DNA of 64,000 nt from Blastocystis sp. Blastoise (lineage: Eukaryota > Protista > Bigyra: Opalinata), in NCBI GenBank assembly GCA_039096225.1, contig JBBPEB010000003.1, positions 372,001 to 436,000 of the forward strand. Direction: 5' to 3'. The position numbers were made by a program, and so were the translations under genes. The first letter of the stretch is position 1. Every line of letters begins with the position of its first letter. Shown here in pieces: positions 34,512 through 53,616 of the stretch. Under the pieces are notes generated by a model that was not told the origin of the DNA, did no database searches, and worked only from the letters and a program-made list of their open reading frames with translations.

Positions 34512-36757
34512 ATGACGAAATTAGATGAAATCCAGGAATGGGTTAATGATCTTGGTTCTACAACGGATGAGTTACATAGTTTGAAAGACCATTACACTCA
34601 ACGTTACTATGAAGAGGAGTCTACGAATAAAACAAAGGATCCAACAAAACGTCATGCTTATGTTGATGATTTGACAACTAGTATTCAAGATGGAATATCT
34701 GATTTCAGAGATTCTATTATTAATATAAGTTCTAGTGTCCTTGAAATTTTGAATACACAAGAAACAGAACTTTCTCTCATTTCTACTTCTGTTAAGTCTC
34801 TTTCTAATGTATTCATTATTATATAATTATTATTTATTATTATATAATTATTATCTATTATTATGTAATTATTATTTATTATTATATAATTATTATTTAT
34901 TATTATGTAATTATTATCTATTAGTATAAATTAATCATATATATTTTCAATATTTTTTATTATATTTATGAATATATGTATATATATAGAGAATAAATAT
35001 ATGTAAAGAAGATTCAGGAATGAATAATCAATATATTTGTATTCCTGAAGAAAAAGAATTACCATCAATAAAAGAAGTAGACTCCGTTATTAGTATTTAT
35101 ATTATATATATATATATATATTATTTATATGTATATCAACTACTTATTTTATTGTTTATAATCGTAAATAGGATAATATATATATTTTTTATATATAATA
35201 ATATTAAGTTGTATTCAAATTAATATATATATATATATATATATATATAAAGATATGCCTCCTCTTCTTATTGAGATGGATACTTCGAATAATCCATTTA
35301 CCTCCAAAACAATCGTGGGAATGACTTCATTTACTAACACTACATTCACTTTTATTGATCCACAATTGTATATAAAATATATATATATAATATAATAATA
35401 TATAATAATATATAATAATATATAATAATATATAATAATATATAACAATGTATATAGACAACAAAATCAAGAAAGCCTTCGTGATCGAAATGTATATATA
35501 TATATATATATCTACATAAATTTTTTCATTATATATATGTAATTATATAGGTACCTCAACCTGTTGTAAATGAACCAGTATATATATAATAATAATAATT
35601 ATTATTATTATAAACTAAGTAACGTTTTTATTTCCGTGGTTATTTCATTCTTTATTCTCTAGCCTCCACCGCCACTTCCCTCAGTTCCTAAACCGGCACT
35701 TCCTTCAGTTCCTAAACCAAAATTATCGGATAGTATCATATATATATATATATATCATTTTAAAAAAAACCCTTTAAAACAATAATTAATATATTTTTCT
35801 AAATGCAATATTTTTATTTTCTTATTCATCTATTTATATATATTCTCTATAAATAGTTATGAATTCCTCTTCTTCCTCTTCTCCTTCTCCTGCTTCTATA
35901 TCTATTCCTTCAAATACATTTGAAAATGATTCTGTTATTCATCCTTCTCTTCCTACTGCATCTTCTTTTTCTACTCCTCCTCCTCCACGACCTATGGCGG
36001 CAAAACCCTCTCTTCCTGGGGGTTTTAAACGTGCTACTGTACAAAGACCTACCAAACCTAAACATTCTGCTGCTTCTTCTGTTCCTACTGCTTTATCACC
36101 TTTAGCACCAACTCCTTCTCCTAAATATACTACTACTACTTCTACTTCTACTCCTCCTCCTCCTCCTCCTCCTCCATCACAAACTTCACGACCTATATCT
36201 ACCGATAACTATATGTATAAAACAACAGGTTCTTCATTATCGCCTTTAAATACACCATTAGGTACTCCACTTGAACCTCTTCATACTTCTATCTCTACAT
36301 CTCCTTATCCATCATTACCATTACCTACTAAACCTTCTAGAGGATCTATTTCAAGAACTCCACCTCCACCTCCATCTGTATCACCTTCTGTTCCCGTCAA
36401 ATTACCTATGAGACCCCCGCCAAATAGACCTATGTCATTACCGCCAAGACCTGTACCGCCAAGACCTGTACCGCCAAGACCTGTATTAAGAAGAACTTCA
36501 AATGAACGATCTGATAATGATCTTTTAGGTATTTCTTTATATTCTTATATTAATACTTATATTTACTATGATTATTATGTTTATTATATACTTATTACTA
36601 TTATCATACTAATTATTATAATTATGCTTATTATATACTTATTACTATTATAATACTAATTATTATAATTATGCTTATTATATATTTATTACTATTATAA
36701 TACTAATTATTATAATTATGCTTATTATATTCATTTATAGGACATAATGGGTGGTAA
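34512..36757 (+). CDS. ABI (Abl-interactor)-like SCAR/WAVE-complex subunit with proline-rich tail
   Basis: The N-terminal helical pattern (LKDHYTQRYY..IINISSSVLEILNTQETELSLISTSVKSLSNRINICKE) parallels the ABI N-terminus. It is followed by a polyproline/RPVPP-repeat tail and ends GHNGW-stop. Confidence 0.6.
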
Positions 36758-37303
36758 ATAATAAATTGAATACAAAATAGAATAGTTATATTGATATATA
36801 TAGTATTACTTTGATTTTATTTTTAATAATGTATATAAAAAATGGTTTCGTTTGAAATAATATATATTTTTTCTTCGCAGTAAACTTCAAATATTTTGTT
36901 ATGGTATATACTATTAAGAACAACAAAACAATACAGTATAATAATACTTGATTATATATTCAGAAATATATATTTGTAATAGATACCAATTATATATAAA
37001 CCTATATAACTAGTGAAAAAACAATATGTAACTATATATTAAAAAAATAATAATAATTTATTTGCATGATTAAATAGAATTAGTTTGTTATGTAATTTAT
37101 ATATAAATAAAATGAAAGAATATATACATATTGAGTAAGAAAAAATAAAATGAAATGTTTAAATAATATATTTATATTTTTATAGAAAATATAACATGCC
37201 ATATAATGCAAGTTAATAGATAATAAAAATGAATAATAATAAGTATTTCTTAACTGATGAAAATAATTGATTATAATATAATATAAATAAAATAATAGAT
37301 GAA

Positions 37304-38958
37304 TTATTCAAGATAAAGATATTTATTATATAATTGACAAGTAAGTCCTAAGGAGCTCATTGTTGTACGGCGAATATATCTTGTTTTACTCATTATTTCA
37401 ATATCAATAAATGTAGCTTCCATAGCTAATGAATATTCTTTACCATATTCAGTACGTGCATGTTCAATTGTACCATTATAATAATATACTCTTCCAGGAT
37501 ATTTCTTTATATACTCTTGTTTTACATGAGTTGAATCTGATATAATTGCAAATCGAACAGTAGGATTAGAAGCATATTTCTCAGCAAAAGAAGGGAAATA
37601 ATTCTTTTCTAGATCTCTGAGCATATCTACTCTTCGATCATTTCTGAAATCAGCGTCTTTTCCTGTTCTTATTTGTAATCCTAATACATTCCAATCATCC
37701 CAATCTTTTGTAACAGCATCTGCTTTCTCGCGAATACTCTTATTTACTGTCATTATCTCATTATGTAAAAAGTAATACATAGTAGACATGATTTCTAAAT
37801 CAGTCATATTTCCTATAACAAATCCAAAATTTGTTACAATAGGTATATTTGCTTTATTACGTAACCAATGACGTAATATAATACCTTGTGTTTGTACTAG
37901 AATTATTCTATGTTTACTATGAAAAGGATCTTCTTTTTCTGCAGCTTGAATCTGACCCCAATTCATATATTTATGTAAAGAACAACTACCAGCACGTCCT
38001 ATAATAATATTATTAGCAATTTATTTATTATTATTATTATTAATATATATATATATACCACATTTTATAACTCTCTTTTTGAAAGGTAAATCATAATAAT
38101 TATATATTGTATCCCAATCAAAAACTATATATAATAATATTTATAATAATAAATATAATAATAATAATAATAATAATAACAATATACTTGTAAATACTCT
38201 TTTAGATAAAATAGCTAATGCTAAAGTACTAATCATTCCTAATTGACGATTACAAAGACCATCATTAGAAGGAAGGACAGCATCTGCCCATACTTTATCA
38301 TCAGGAACAGTATCATTATTTTGTATTCTTTTCCAGTCTTCAATATTATCTCTACATTTCTTAGGACAAAATATATCTAAATGTTGCTTCATGGTATCTC
38401 CAAGAGGAATTATTAGTGTTCCATTAGCATCTACAATAGCTTTATTCTGATATAAATTCAATTTTTCAATATTTTTATTTGAACCTTGTGCTACAGGTGT
38501 AGGAGCAGGAGTAGGAGCAGGAGTAGGAGCGGGTGTAGAAACTGGAGCAGGTGTAGAAACTGGAGCAGGTGTAGAAACTGGAGCAGGTGTAGAAACTGGA
38601 GCAGGTGTGGATATTGGAACAACTGTTGGTAGTTGAGTTGCACTTGATGTATGATTAGTTTCATTTATTTTATTATCAGTTTTGACTAAAGACTTTGAAC
38701 CTAATGTATAAATAAGACAAATAAAGATAACAATAAACGAATATAATATACTTTTAACTGAAAAAGTTGAGAGAGTATTCACAATTCTGTTATTTGATAA
38801 GGAGAAACTGTGTAATGTTCCATCAGTATCTTGAACAGAATCTGTATAAAATGACAAAAATAAAATGGGTACTGATACCAATAAAGCAATGGAGAGATAC
38901 CTAATCTGATAAGAAAGTAAATAAAATATTCAAAATATTACTTTAATTGTTGAACCAT
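37304..38958 (-). CDS. Type II membrane fucosyltransferase-like protein (GT37-like), paralog 1
   Basis: Signal anchor YLSIALLVSVPILFLSFY, (TPAPVS)n stem, DGLCNRQLGMISTLALAILSKR, VLGLQIRTG, IISDS, ATFIDIEIMS..TTMSSLG (fucosyltransferase motifs). Confidence 0.78.
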
Positions 38959-39162
38959 TCTTGAATATAAAATAATGGAATGACCTGTTATTAAAGTGAA
39001 GAATAATTGTTGCTGACGACAACTTTCGTCGTATTTTTAAAAAACAAGCGTATCTATTGGAGAATCACCAAAAATAGACAAATAGCATATAAGAATATAT
39101 TGATTAGAGTTTTTCTGCACAATTTTAAAGATTTATCACGTCATTTTACTTAAAAGAAAATA

Positions 39163-39683
39163 AAGTCCCTGGAAAAAACCGGTCCTCTGGAAAAAACCGG
39201 TCCATTTTTTTTTTAATGTTATTTTCATGTAAATAATAATTTTTTTACGGCAAAAAAATATATAACCACGATTTTTAATTTTTTTTGTTTTATACACAGT
39301 TTTATCAGCAACATCATTAATATGCGAGTCATCTATATTTCCTTCCATCACTTTTGCAGCACATACCATGATAATAGTTGATTGTCACTTCAACCTGACT
39401 TAAATTGACTTATCGAGAATAAATAAGATTACACTGTCAAAATATAATATTATATCGCAGATTTTGGTGATAATTACCACATAACAATTCTGTCAAGTGA
39501 TGTGGGAAGTGGATGACATATATAGTAATGATTATATAAACAAAAATGTTTATAAAACAAAAAAAATTAAAAAATCGTGGTTATTTTGTTTTTGTGGTTA
39601 AAAAAAACCGTATTTACATGAAAATAACATTAAAAAAAAAATGGACCGGTTTTTTCCAGAGGACCGGTTTTTTCCAGGGACTT
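39163..39683. mobile_element. Non-autonomous DNA transposon (MITE), 521 bp, about 130-bp imperfect TIRs, TA flanks
   Basis: Left TA|AAGTCCCTGGAAAAAACCGGTCCTCTGGAAAAAACCGGTCC mirrors right GGACCGGTTTTTTCCAGAGGACCGGTTTTTTCCAGGGACTT|TA. Complementarity extends to ~39293/39549. No coding capacity. Confidence 0.9.
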
Positions 39684-39917
39684 TATGTTAATTTCTTTTT
39701 ACTGTCATTTATGTGTATTAATTTAATTTTTATTTTGTTTTTAAGAGTGTTTCATGTATAAAAGTATGCGTATATGAATATTAGTGCATAACATTAAAGA
39801 AAGGCACATTGTTACGTCATGTTCTGCTGATTTATTTTTAATATGACGCTTATATCAAAACAGAACTAATATATATATGATTTGAGACTAATTATGAAAT
39901 GATACGTTGAAAATAAT

Positions 39918-39947
39918 ATGATGAAGTCATCATGATGACTTCATCAT
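39918..39947. repeat. Perfect 30-bp palindrome ATGATGAAGTCATCATGATGACTTCATCAT
   Basis: The sequence equals its own reverse complement. Confidence 0.95.
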
Positions 39948-40287
39948 TTTTTTTATATATAATGATATTTATTCAGGTTATTTTTTTACAAAGATACAGT
40001 AACGAAGCACTAAGTTTTCATTTAAAAAATATAGTTTTTCTTGTAAACTAATTAATCCTCCATTAGGTTGTTGCTGCTATTTTTTGTGATTTGATTAATT
40101 TTCTATATACTATACTCTGTAGAAGCAAACGTAACAATTTTTAAGAGAACATCTGATGAAATTTTATATTAATTGTCTCGATTTTTTTGTATAATAAATA
40201 ATGATATGCTATTATTTATTATAGTACAAAAATAATAGACAATCGTAGCATAACAACAAGAATGAAAAGAAAAAAAATGATAAAAAA

Positions 40288-42583
<2,296 letters not shown>

Positions 42584-43261
42584 ATTCAATTACTGTAATT
42601 AATAATATAAAATCAGTTTAATTATGAAGAAATCAATTGATTTATCTAATAACAAAAAATGTATTTCATTGGAATTCTCACGGTTATTTTTTAAAAGTAT
42701 ACTATGATTATTCTTTGTCACTTTTTGGCTATATTCATTGTAGTTTGAAGACTTTACATATATTCTACAGTCTAAGAGAGTTTAGGGTGTGTCGAGAAGC
42801 TTCATTCAAATAAGTTTGTGACTCTATACATTATTGAAATTATCTTTTTATCCATAATAATCCTTCTCTTATGTTGCTTGAAAGCCTAAGATGATTCACG
42901 ATAAAATATTATAAATATCTGTTTAAAGTATTTCCATGATCCATTTTTTCTGATAGTATGTACATAGATAATATATAGAACTGTTCTCATTAAATAGAAA
43001 ATAGTGTATAGATATCTATGAAGTGTCTTACTTGATTAAGTTGTTTAATACTTCAAATTCGATTGTTTACTTATTAAAAGAATAAACTATAAATTGAAAT
43101 ATAACGTTTTGAAGAGAATTAAACACAAAAGTTAAAAATAAAATCAATAGGATACAACTATAGATATGAAATATAAATAAATAAATCATAATATTGTCTA
43201 ATAAAAACATATATTCATAAATAAATAATGAAAGGTATTAAAAAAATAATAATAATTTTCT

Positions 43262-44763
43262 TTATAAATCATCATCATCATCGTTTTTCTCAAAGGGATC
43301 TTTTAATTTTGTCACATCCTCATTAAAAAACAAATCATCTTCATCATCTTCATTATTATTTTCTTCTTCTTCTTCTTCTTCTTCTTCTTCTATGTTTATA
43401 CTGTTATTATTTTGTTTTCCTTTAATATCCATCCATTTAGGTATAAATCCTTTATTTTCAGATTCATTTAAATGTATATTATTAGGTATACTTCGTTCTA
43501 TATAATCACCTTCTATAGAATAATAAAAATTGGAAGACTTTTCAGAATGATTACTATATATATATATAGAATAAGATAGAATATAATAATATGATTACAT
43601 TAAAAATATTATATATAAAACAATAAATCTATATTTATATTAAAAGTATTATAAAAACAATAAATCTATATTTATATTAAAAATATCTAAAAAACAATAT
43701 AATGAATAACTACTTTAAAATAAATTATATTTCAATATGCATATATATATATAACAATAAATACTGTTTAGTAACAATTGTTTCTTCTATTTCTTCTCCA
43801 CATGTACAATTCTCATTTGTATGAATATTATCTAAGGGGACAGTATCATCAGTCTCATGACTCAAGACAGTTGCTCTACCAAAGAAATTCCCGTGGGACT
43901 CGACGTAATTCTAAGAAATAATTATATACATATATAAATATAGATATCTTTATTCATAATAAAAAATATTTTTATATATGTATATATATAACCAAAATAA
44001 TCCTATACTATATACATCGTAAATATCTGCTAATTCTTGATATTCTTCAAGAACATCATCATCATTTGGATCTAATTCAATTGCCTATGTATATAAACAT
44101 ATAAATATATATTTTCTTAATCATCATAAATAAAAAAGAATAAAGTAAAATTTATATAAAAAAATATAAAAAAATTAAAAAAATACCTTTTTATAACTAA
44201 TAAGACTTTTCGCTACATCTCCTAGTTCTCTTTCAATTCTAGCAGTACATAAATAACCATATTTATATTGAGGATTAGCAACAACACAATTTAATGCATA
44301 CTACTTATGTGTATTATTGATAGTTTAATAAACATAAATATATACCATATATGCACTTTCATACTGTTCCTTTTCCATATAGACCTAAACAAAAATATTT
44401 ATTTAACTCAAGAAAATGAGAGAACATGTAAATACTTGAGCAATCATTTCATTTAAAGAATAATCATTTGGAGAATAATACAAAGCACAATTAAAGTGAC
44501 TCAGTGCTGATTCATAATCTTCTTTTTCAGCAGCTTGAATGCCAAGATCCGTCTCACTTTTTATTTTTTCTTCTTCTAAAAATGAATTTTGATAATAACA
44601 CACAAAATAATGACAGAAATATATACTTAATCTTTGTCTTGATATTGAATTATCCACTTGACCAAACAAAGAAAGTACCTAATACAAACAATATTCTATA
44701 TTCATATTCAACATATGCTTTTGCTGGTGTCTTATTCTTCTGTATTAACTTAAAGGGTTTCAT
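43262..44763 (-). CDS. Tetratricopeptide repeat protein, TTC33-like
   Basis: GIQAAEKEDYESALSHFNCALYYSPNDYSLNEMIAQVYME..VVANPQY..ARIERELGDVAKSLISYKKAIELDP, followed by an acidic tail. Confidence 0.75.
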
Positions 44764-45203
44764 TGACGATAAAATTAATTTTTTAAAATTTAACTGTCTT
44801 TTTATCGACAATTGTTTAGGAACTCAACGATCAATATATCTAATTAATAAACATCAATGGAATTGTCAATGATGCAAAACCTTTAAATAGTCAGAAAGTC
44901 ATTTACAGTGAATTGGTGTTCATTGTGTTTCTGACTGAATACATTCTTTAAAACATGAAACTCTATTTCGTGAATCTCATATATAAATTAAACATATTTA
45001 ATATTTATGTGAAATTGACGATATATCGAAATAGTGTGTCATAATCTCCTTTACAGAAATCTATGTATATATATATAAATTATTATGTAAATATTTTTAG
45101 ATATTTGTAAATATTAACTATAATATGAATAAATTGTTGTAAGTATCAAAGAAATAAAAACAAAATTAATTTCAAAGTAATAAATAAAGTAATAAAACAC
45201 AAC

Positions 45204-47862
45204 TTATTCGTGTATACTATTGATGCCATGAATTTGTTTTGAAAAAAAAGAATACACTATTATTATTATAATTGTTCATAGTTGTTAGTGTATTATTGTT
45301 ATTCAGTTGAAATCCATCGTTTGCCTCTAAAAGAATGAATACCAATTGTATTATCGATAGGAACATCACTCTCAACTGATTTTGATTGACTATATATAAA
45401 TATTATTAGTTATTTATATATATATATAACATTATTATTAAAAATAATACAATATATATATATACTCATAAGATTGTTTAAATAGATATTCTTTATTTAT
45501 ATTATTAATTATATATTCATAAGATAATAAAGGGCATTCATCTTCTAAAGTTTGAAATAAACAAGGTATATAGGAATTATAATAATGATAGGTGAACACT
45601 ATATAATATATATATTGTATAGGTTATACTATAAAAGAAAATTTATGTATTATTTAATATGAAATATATATATAATTTTTATATATATAATAGATTTTAA
45701 TATGATTATAAAAAAAATTATATATTTTTTAATATGAAATACATATATCAATTTTTTTTATATTTAATAAATTTTAATATGATTATAAAAGAACAATAAT
45801 ATATTTTCCATATGAAATGCATATATATACTAAAATATATTATATATATGTATATACATAAGTTCGTGATACAGAGTATAGCTAAGAATATGAGTTGACA
45901 ATAGAGAATATATATAGAGAAGGAAGAAGGAAGAATAGTTAGTATTATCATATAAATAGATATATATAGAGTAAAAAGAAGGAACGCAAAAGAAATGAAT
46001 GAATATGAAAATAATTGTGCTCTTTTGGGGGACTATATATATATATATATATATGGAATATATATATTGCTATTTTTAGATATATATATAAGTGAATATA
46101 AAGAATATATATATTGCTATTTTTATAAATATATATATGTATAAATATATATATATTGCTATTTTTATAAATATATATATGTATAAATATATATATATAC
46201 TTCTTTAAATGTTGTAAGAACAATTGAAATAGTAACTGAACTCATGTATAATGAATTTAGAAATATTGATATATAATATAAATAACGAACATAAGGCAGA
46301 ATCTAGTTATTATTATACAATTAGAGTTTTTATAATTTTATAAATATAAATATATATAAATACATATATATAAATATATTATATATATATATATATATAC
46401 AAAGTTAAAAAACATGCAAAGAACGTTAATCGACAGACTGTAAAGAATTGTTATTAATCCAACCTAAGTATATATGAAATAATATATATATATATACAAC
46501 TTGTCCATCAATATAAATAGTTACAGCATTATCGATATAATAATCTTTCTTTATATATATAATGAATAACCAAAAACTAATAAAAAAGAAAGATAGAAGA
46601 GAAGGCATGTAGAATGGAAGTGTATACGACATAGATGTATATATATTAAGAATTATATATATATATATATGAGATATATACGAAAATAATATATATATAA
46701 TAAAAAGATATATTAATTGTTCATATGTAATAGAATTGATAATACCGTTAATAAAGATGTCTATGCTGAAGAATATATTTAACTTGAAAAGTGACTTTAA
46801 ACGATTAAACTCTATATATATATATAGTATCTATTTATAACAATATAAAAATAAATAGACTATTCTATATACTATATACTATATATATACCTTGTTTATG
46901 TATATATAGAATTCTTTGTTGTTCTTTCTGTTGTCTTTCACATTCTATTTCTTCATTATAAATAATCTTCTTCTTCTTCTTCTGTTTCTCATGTTGTTTA
47001 GAAGGAGTAACAAGACTCTTTTCCTTTTGAAAAGAAGACAGAGTAGACAGAGAAAGAGGGATTTTTGAAGATATTAATGGCGGGAACTCTTTGGAGGGAA
47101 CATAAGGATGTATATAATGAACTGAAGATGAGTCTAAAGTTTTGATTTGACAAGGTGTATCTATATATATATATAAATGAATAAAATGAATAATTCATTT
47201 TATATTTTTATACTCTTTTTTTACTATATATAAAATATATAGATTGTTCAATATATAATAGATATTTAAACAAAATCATTCTATATATAGTTCTATATAT
47301 ATACTTATAATTGAAGACATTTGATTATCTTCATTTGAGATAGATATAACTTTATTTTTATTATTAAATTGGTGTATATTATCTATAGCTATGTCCTTAT
47401 TCCCGTGGGAATCTGATGATTTTGAGAGAGTACTATAGGTATCTAGAAATACATGTGTAAGAAGAGAATTTTGAAGTGTATTTAAATATATAGAAGATGT
47501 TTGAGGACAAAGAGGAGAAACATTAGATTCAATATGCACTATATATATATATCTAAATAGTTATATTGTTATAGGATAACAGAATAGTATAGTTGTATAG
47601 TTATAAACAAAATAATAATAAATAAAAAATAATAGTAAAAAATATAAACAATTATATATATATAATTATACATGATGGATTTTTTTGTTTAAATAATTCG
47701 TCTTTATATTGTTCTTGCGAATTCGATTGACTATCCGATTGTTGATTACTTTTGTTTCGATTTTCTAATAGAATTACTGGATCTAAATAAGAAACTGATT
47801 CTATTCTTTTACTTGCTTTTATACTATATAATCTATCTTGAGAAGTAAGAGATGAATTGAAT

Positions 47863-47918
<56 letters not shown>

Positions 47919-47980
47919 TGAGATATTATTATTATTATTATTATTATTATTATCTGAGATATTATTATTATCTGAGATAC

Positions 47981-48037
<57 letters not shown>

Positions 48038-48243
48038 CTGAGATATTATAATTATCTGAGATACTATTATTATTATTATTAATTATAGCTTTTAAGTATA
48101 TAGAATCATTAAGAGACTGTTCTTCTTGTGTTGTATATATACTCTGTTTCATTTCATTAGAACATATTGAATGACCATTAGAGTCCAACTTATTTATATA
48201 TGTTTGTTCATGATTATTTGAGGAAGGAGGAGAAGGAGCAATA

Positions 48244-48338
<95 letters not shown>

Positions 48339-49911
48339 ATTATTATGAATCAAATAGAAAAATTGTTTTCATAAGAATCCTATAAATGTCAATATATATA
48401 TATATATACATATAAATTGTGAATTTGATTGAGAATTCTGATAATAAAGATCTCTATATATATATATATATCTTTATAAAAATTATATATATATATAAAT
48501 ATAATACTCATAATAATTTGAAATATCTGTTTGATGAGAATTTATTTTTTTGGAATCACTGATGTCACTCCCGCGGTTATTACTGGTATCACTCCCGCGG
48601 TTATCGATGATATCATCAGGATTAACGCTATCATCTAATAATAATGACACTAATTCCTTTGTTGTTCTATATTTCATTTGTTTATTTTTATTCTTATTAT
48701 TCTTATTATTATCAGTAGGAATAGAAGAAGAAGAAGAAGAAATAGAGATATGACGACAACGGTTAAAACACGATGAATGAAATAGTTGGAAATAATCTTT
48801 AACTGGGTTCTCCTATATATTAATTCTTATATTAGTATTATTATATATTATTCATATAAATATAATTATATATATGTTATTCTTTCATATCGGTTTTTTT
48901 CATATGAAATAGATAATATATATTATATATATGTAATAATAATAATACTAATAATAATAATACTAATAAACAAAGAATCATACATTTACATTAAAAGATA
49001 ACCACTGTAATGAACAAAAGTAATAAATTATGATGTAATAATGTTAATAAGACTATATAAGCTGATATATATATATATATATATAAAGGATATATTGAAT
49101 AGTACAGATATACATATTCCAAATGAATAATAATAAGTAAAATAATCAGGATTATCCGAGAAAAGGAAAAATGTATTTATACTTATATCAATGAATATTA
49201 TTTGAAGGATACTATATATGTATATAAACAGTTATATATATATATATACATAAACATATAATAATCTAGATGTGATTTGATGCATAAATAATGATTGACT
49301 CCGTGTATAGAAACAATAATAGAAGTACATATTGAAAGAGACGCGCTAATCAATCTATAGTATTCATCATTATAGAATGGTAATTATTACAAAAATAGAT
49401 AGATGTATAAAACAATATATAATAATTATAATTGTAATAATTATTAAAAATAAATAGATATATAAAACAATATTTATAATATTTATAATGTATTATAAAT
49501 ATACGCAATAATTCCATTCCACAGAGAGAAGGAGAATATTATTTGAAATACCGAATTAAAGAATATAAATATACATGATACTCCAAAGAAAAAGTGTATT
49601 ATCATTATATTCTCTATATATAATAATAAAAATAATATATATATATATAATTTACTTTGAAGAGATTCTTTGATAAATGCGAAAATAATCATAAAAATAC
49701 AACATAAACATAAGGGAAAGGAAATCTAAATAAAGTCTATTAATATAATGTATATATATACAGATAATAAAAATGTTGAAGTTATGTCAGAAGATATTAG
49801 ACATTTGAAAGCTAAAGAGAAACAGTAGAGACCATCAAGAAACAAGAAGCAAAAAAGTATTAGAAGTCCAAATGAAGTTGAAAAAAGAAAATCAAATCTA
49901 TCTGATTTCAT
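45204..49911 (-). CDS. Hypothetical multi-pass membrane protein with Asn-rich loop (many micro-exons)
   Basis: Hydrophobic exons near 49900-49000 and 46800-45300, hydrophilic Asn/Ser-rich exons at 48810-46900, GT-AG boundaries. Exact structure and stop are uncertain. Confidence 0.5.
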
Positions 49912-50152
49912 TTTACAAATATAAATAAACTTATAATAGCTATATATATATTAATACTATATCAAAGTAATATATTTTTTATAGAAAACTTAATTGAAAA
50001 AGAAAGTTCTTCTCATGAAATGAAGAATCTTCGTTTTGAAAAAATTCAGTTACATCAAATAATTAAAAATAGTATTTACGCCTATATTCTATTCATATAT
50101 AAATATAAATAAAGCTAACGAAACAAGCAAAAATAAAACGAAATGTCAAGTA

Positions 50153-50996
50153 TTAATCCAATAATTTTATAATTTCATTAAAATCATCAATAGAAATGGT
50201 AGAGTTATCTTTGGGTAATGGTCTATTATTAAATTTAGTATATCTAATGAAACAATCTGATGGTGGACAAGCTTCACTATCTAAAATACCATCACCAAAA
50301 TTAACTACAATATTGTCATCTTTTGGATATCGACTTTTAATAATTTCAACAACTCTAGCTTTTCCCTTAATATTCATTGTTGGCTGAGTCAAATCTAGAT
50401 TTTTGTAATTTCCTTTTTCATCAAATTGCATAATATTATCGAAAAGAAAATCATCTGCAACATTGAGTTTTGCCGAAATAGGAGTTTGAAGCTATATATG
50501 ATCATACAATAACAATAACCATCTATTTCTATATTGAAATTTAAAGCTATTATAATATACTTGTTTGAAACCTCCAGAAACAAGATAAATATCCTTATTC
50601 ATTTTTCGGAGTTTAGATATAAGATCTTCAACACCTATACAATTATGGTATTTAGAAAGGTTATTTGAATAATAAATAAAAACATTAAGAAATAGTTCAT
50701 AACCTACCAGGAGCTAGATCAACAGGTGTTTCATTAATATATTTTTCTATTAAATCATGATTTGGCTTTATGACATCAAGAGATTGAATAAGATAATCTT
50801 CTAGAACATTTCGTTTAACAACAATATCCATCATGAGAGTATAAACTTCATTGAGTTTGTTGGTCATTTTAGCAAGAGTTTGGACTCCATCGAAAGAAGC
50901 TACAGTATGATCGATATCGAAAACAATAGCTCTTGATTTTTTTATCATATTAATAGCATGTGCAGTTGATAAATTTCTTGATGACATAGAAATCAT
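50153..50996 (-). CDS. Phosphoserine phosphatase-like HAD phosphatase
   Basis: AIVFDIDHT (DxDxT), LAPG, VSGGF, KGKARVV, FGDGILDSEACPPSDCFI. Confidence 0.82.
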
Positions 50997-51659
50997 GCGT
51001 TTAAAAACAGAATGAAACGTTTTTAAAGAAAGAAAAGAAAATAAAAATATATAATTTTTTCTAAAATTAATATTTTTATATTTTATTTTTCGATTTTGTT
51101 AAAAAAATTATTTTATAAATCGAATAAAAATATTTATTATAGAATATGATGTCTCCATAGCAATATTATTATACATACATGATATTTTCTTTTAGGAAAA
51201 AAAAAAATTCATTTAGATTATTTCTTTAAGCAATAAATTGCTTTTAGATGATACTTATATCTAAATTTAGATATAAATTGATTAAATAATAATATTATAT
51301 ATAACTATAATGACCATAGACAATATATAAAAAAATGTTTTATAATTATTATTTAAAATAAAACTATATTATATTAATACTATAAATATATTTGAAAACA
51401 AAAATGAAAGAAAATAAAATAACACAATAATGAAACTAAAGATACATAATGAATATATAGTATTTATTATAGACAATAGAAAAACATTTTAATAAGAAAT
51501 AAAAACCATTGGTGAACTAATAGTTGAAACAAAAATAGTAAAAAAAAAACTAATATATTTTTATTATTATATACAACAAGAAAATATATATATATAATAT
51601 GAAATAATAATAATAATTAAGAAATACTATAATATAATGATAATGTATATAATGACTAA

Positions 51660-53616
<1,957 letters not shown>

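Noticed and set aside
38701-38751. Second hydrophobic segment in fucosyltransferase 1
   Set aside because: It is a 51-nt in-frame GT-AG intron at the position where paralog 2 also has an intron.
39136-39761. Two similar ORFs (MKITLKKKWTGFFQRTGFFQGLY)
   Set aside because: They are translations of the two MITE TIRs.
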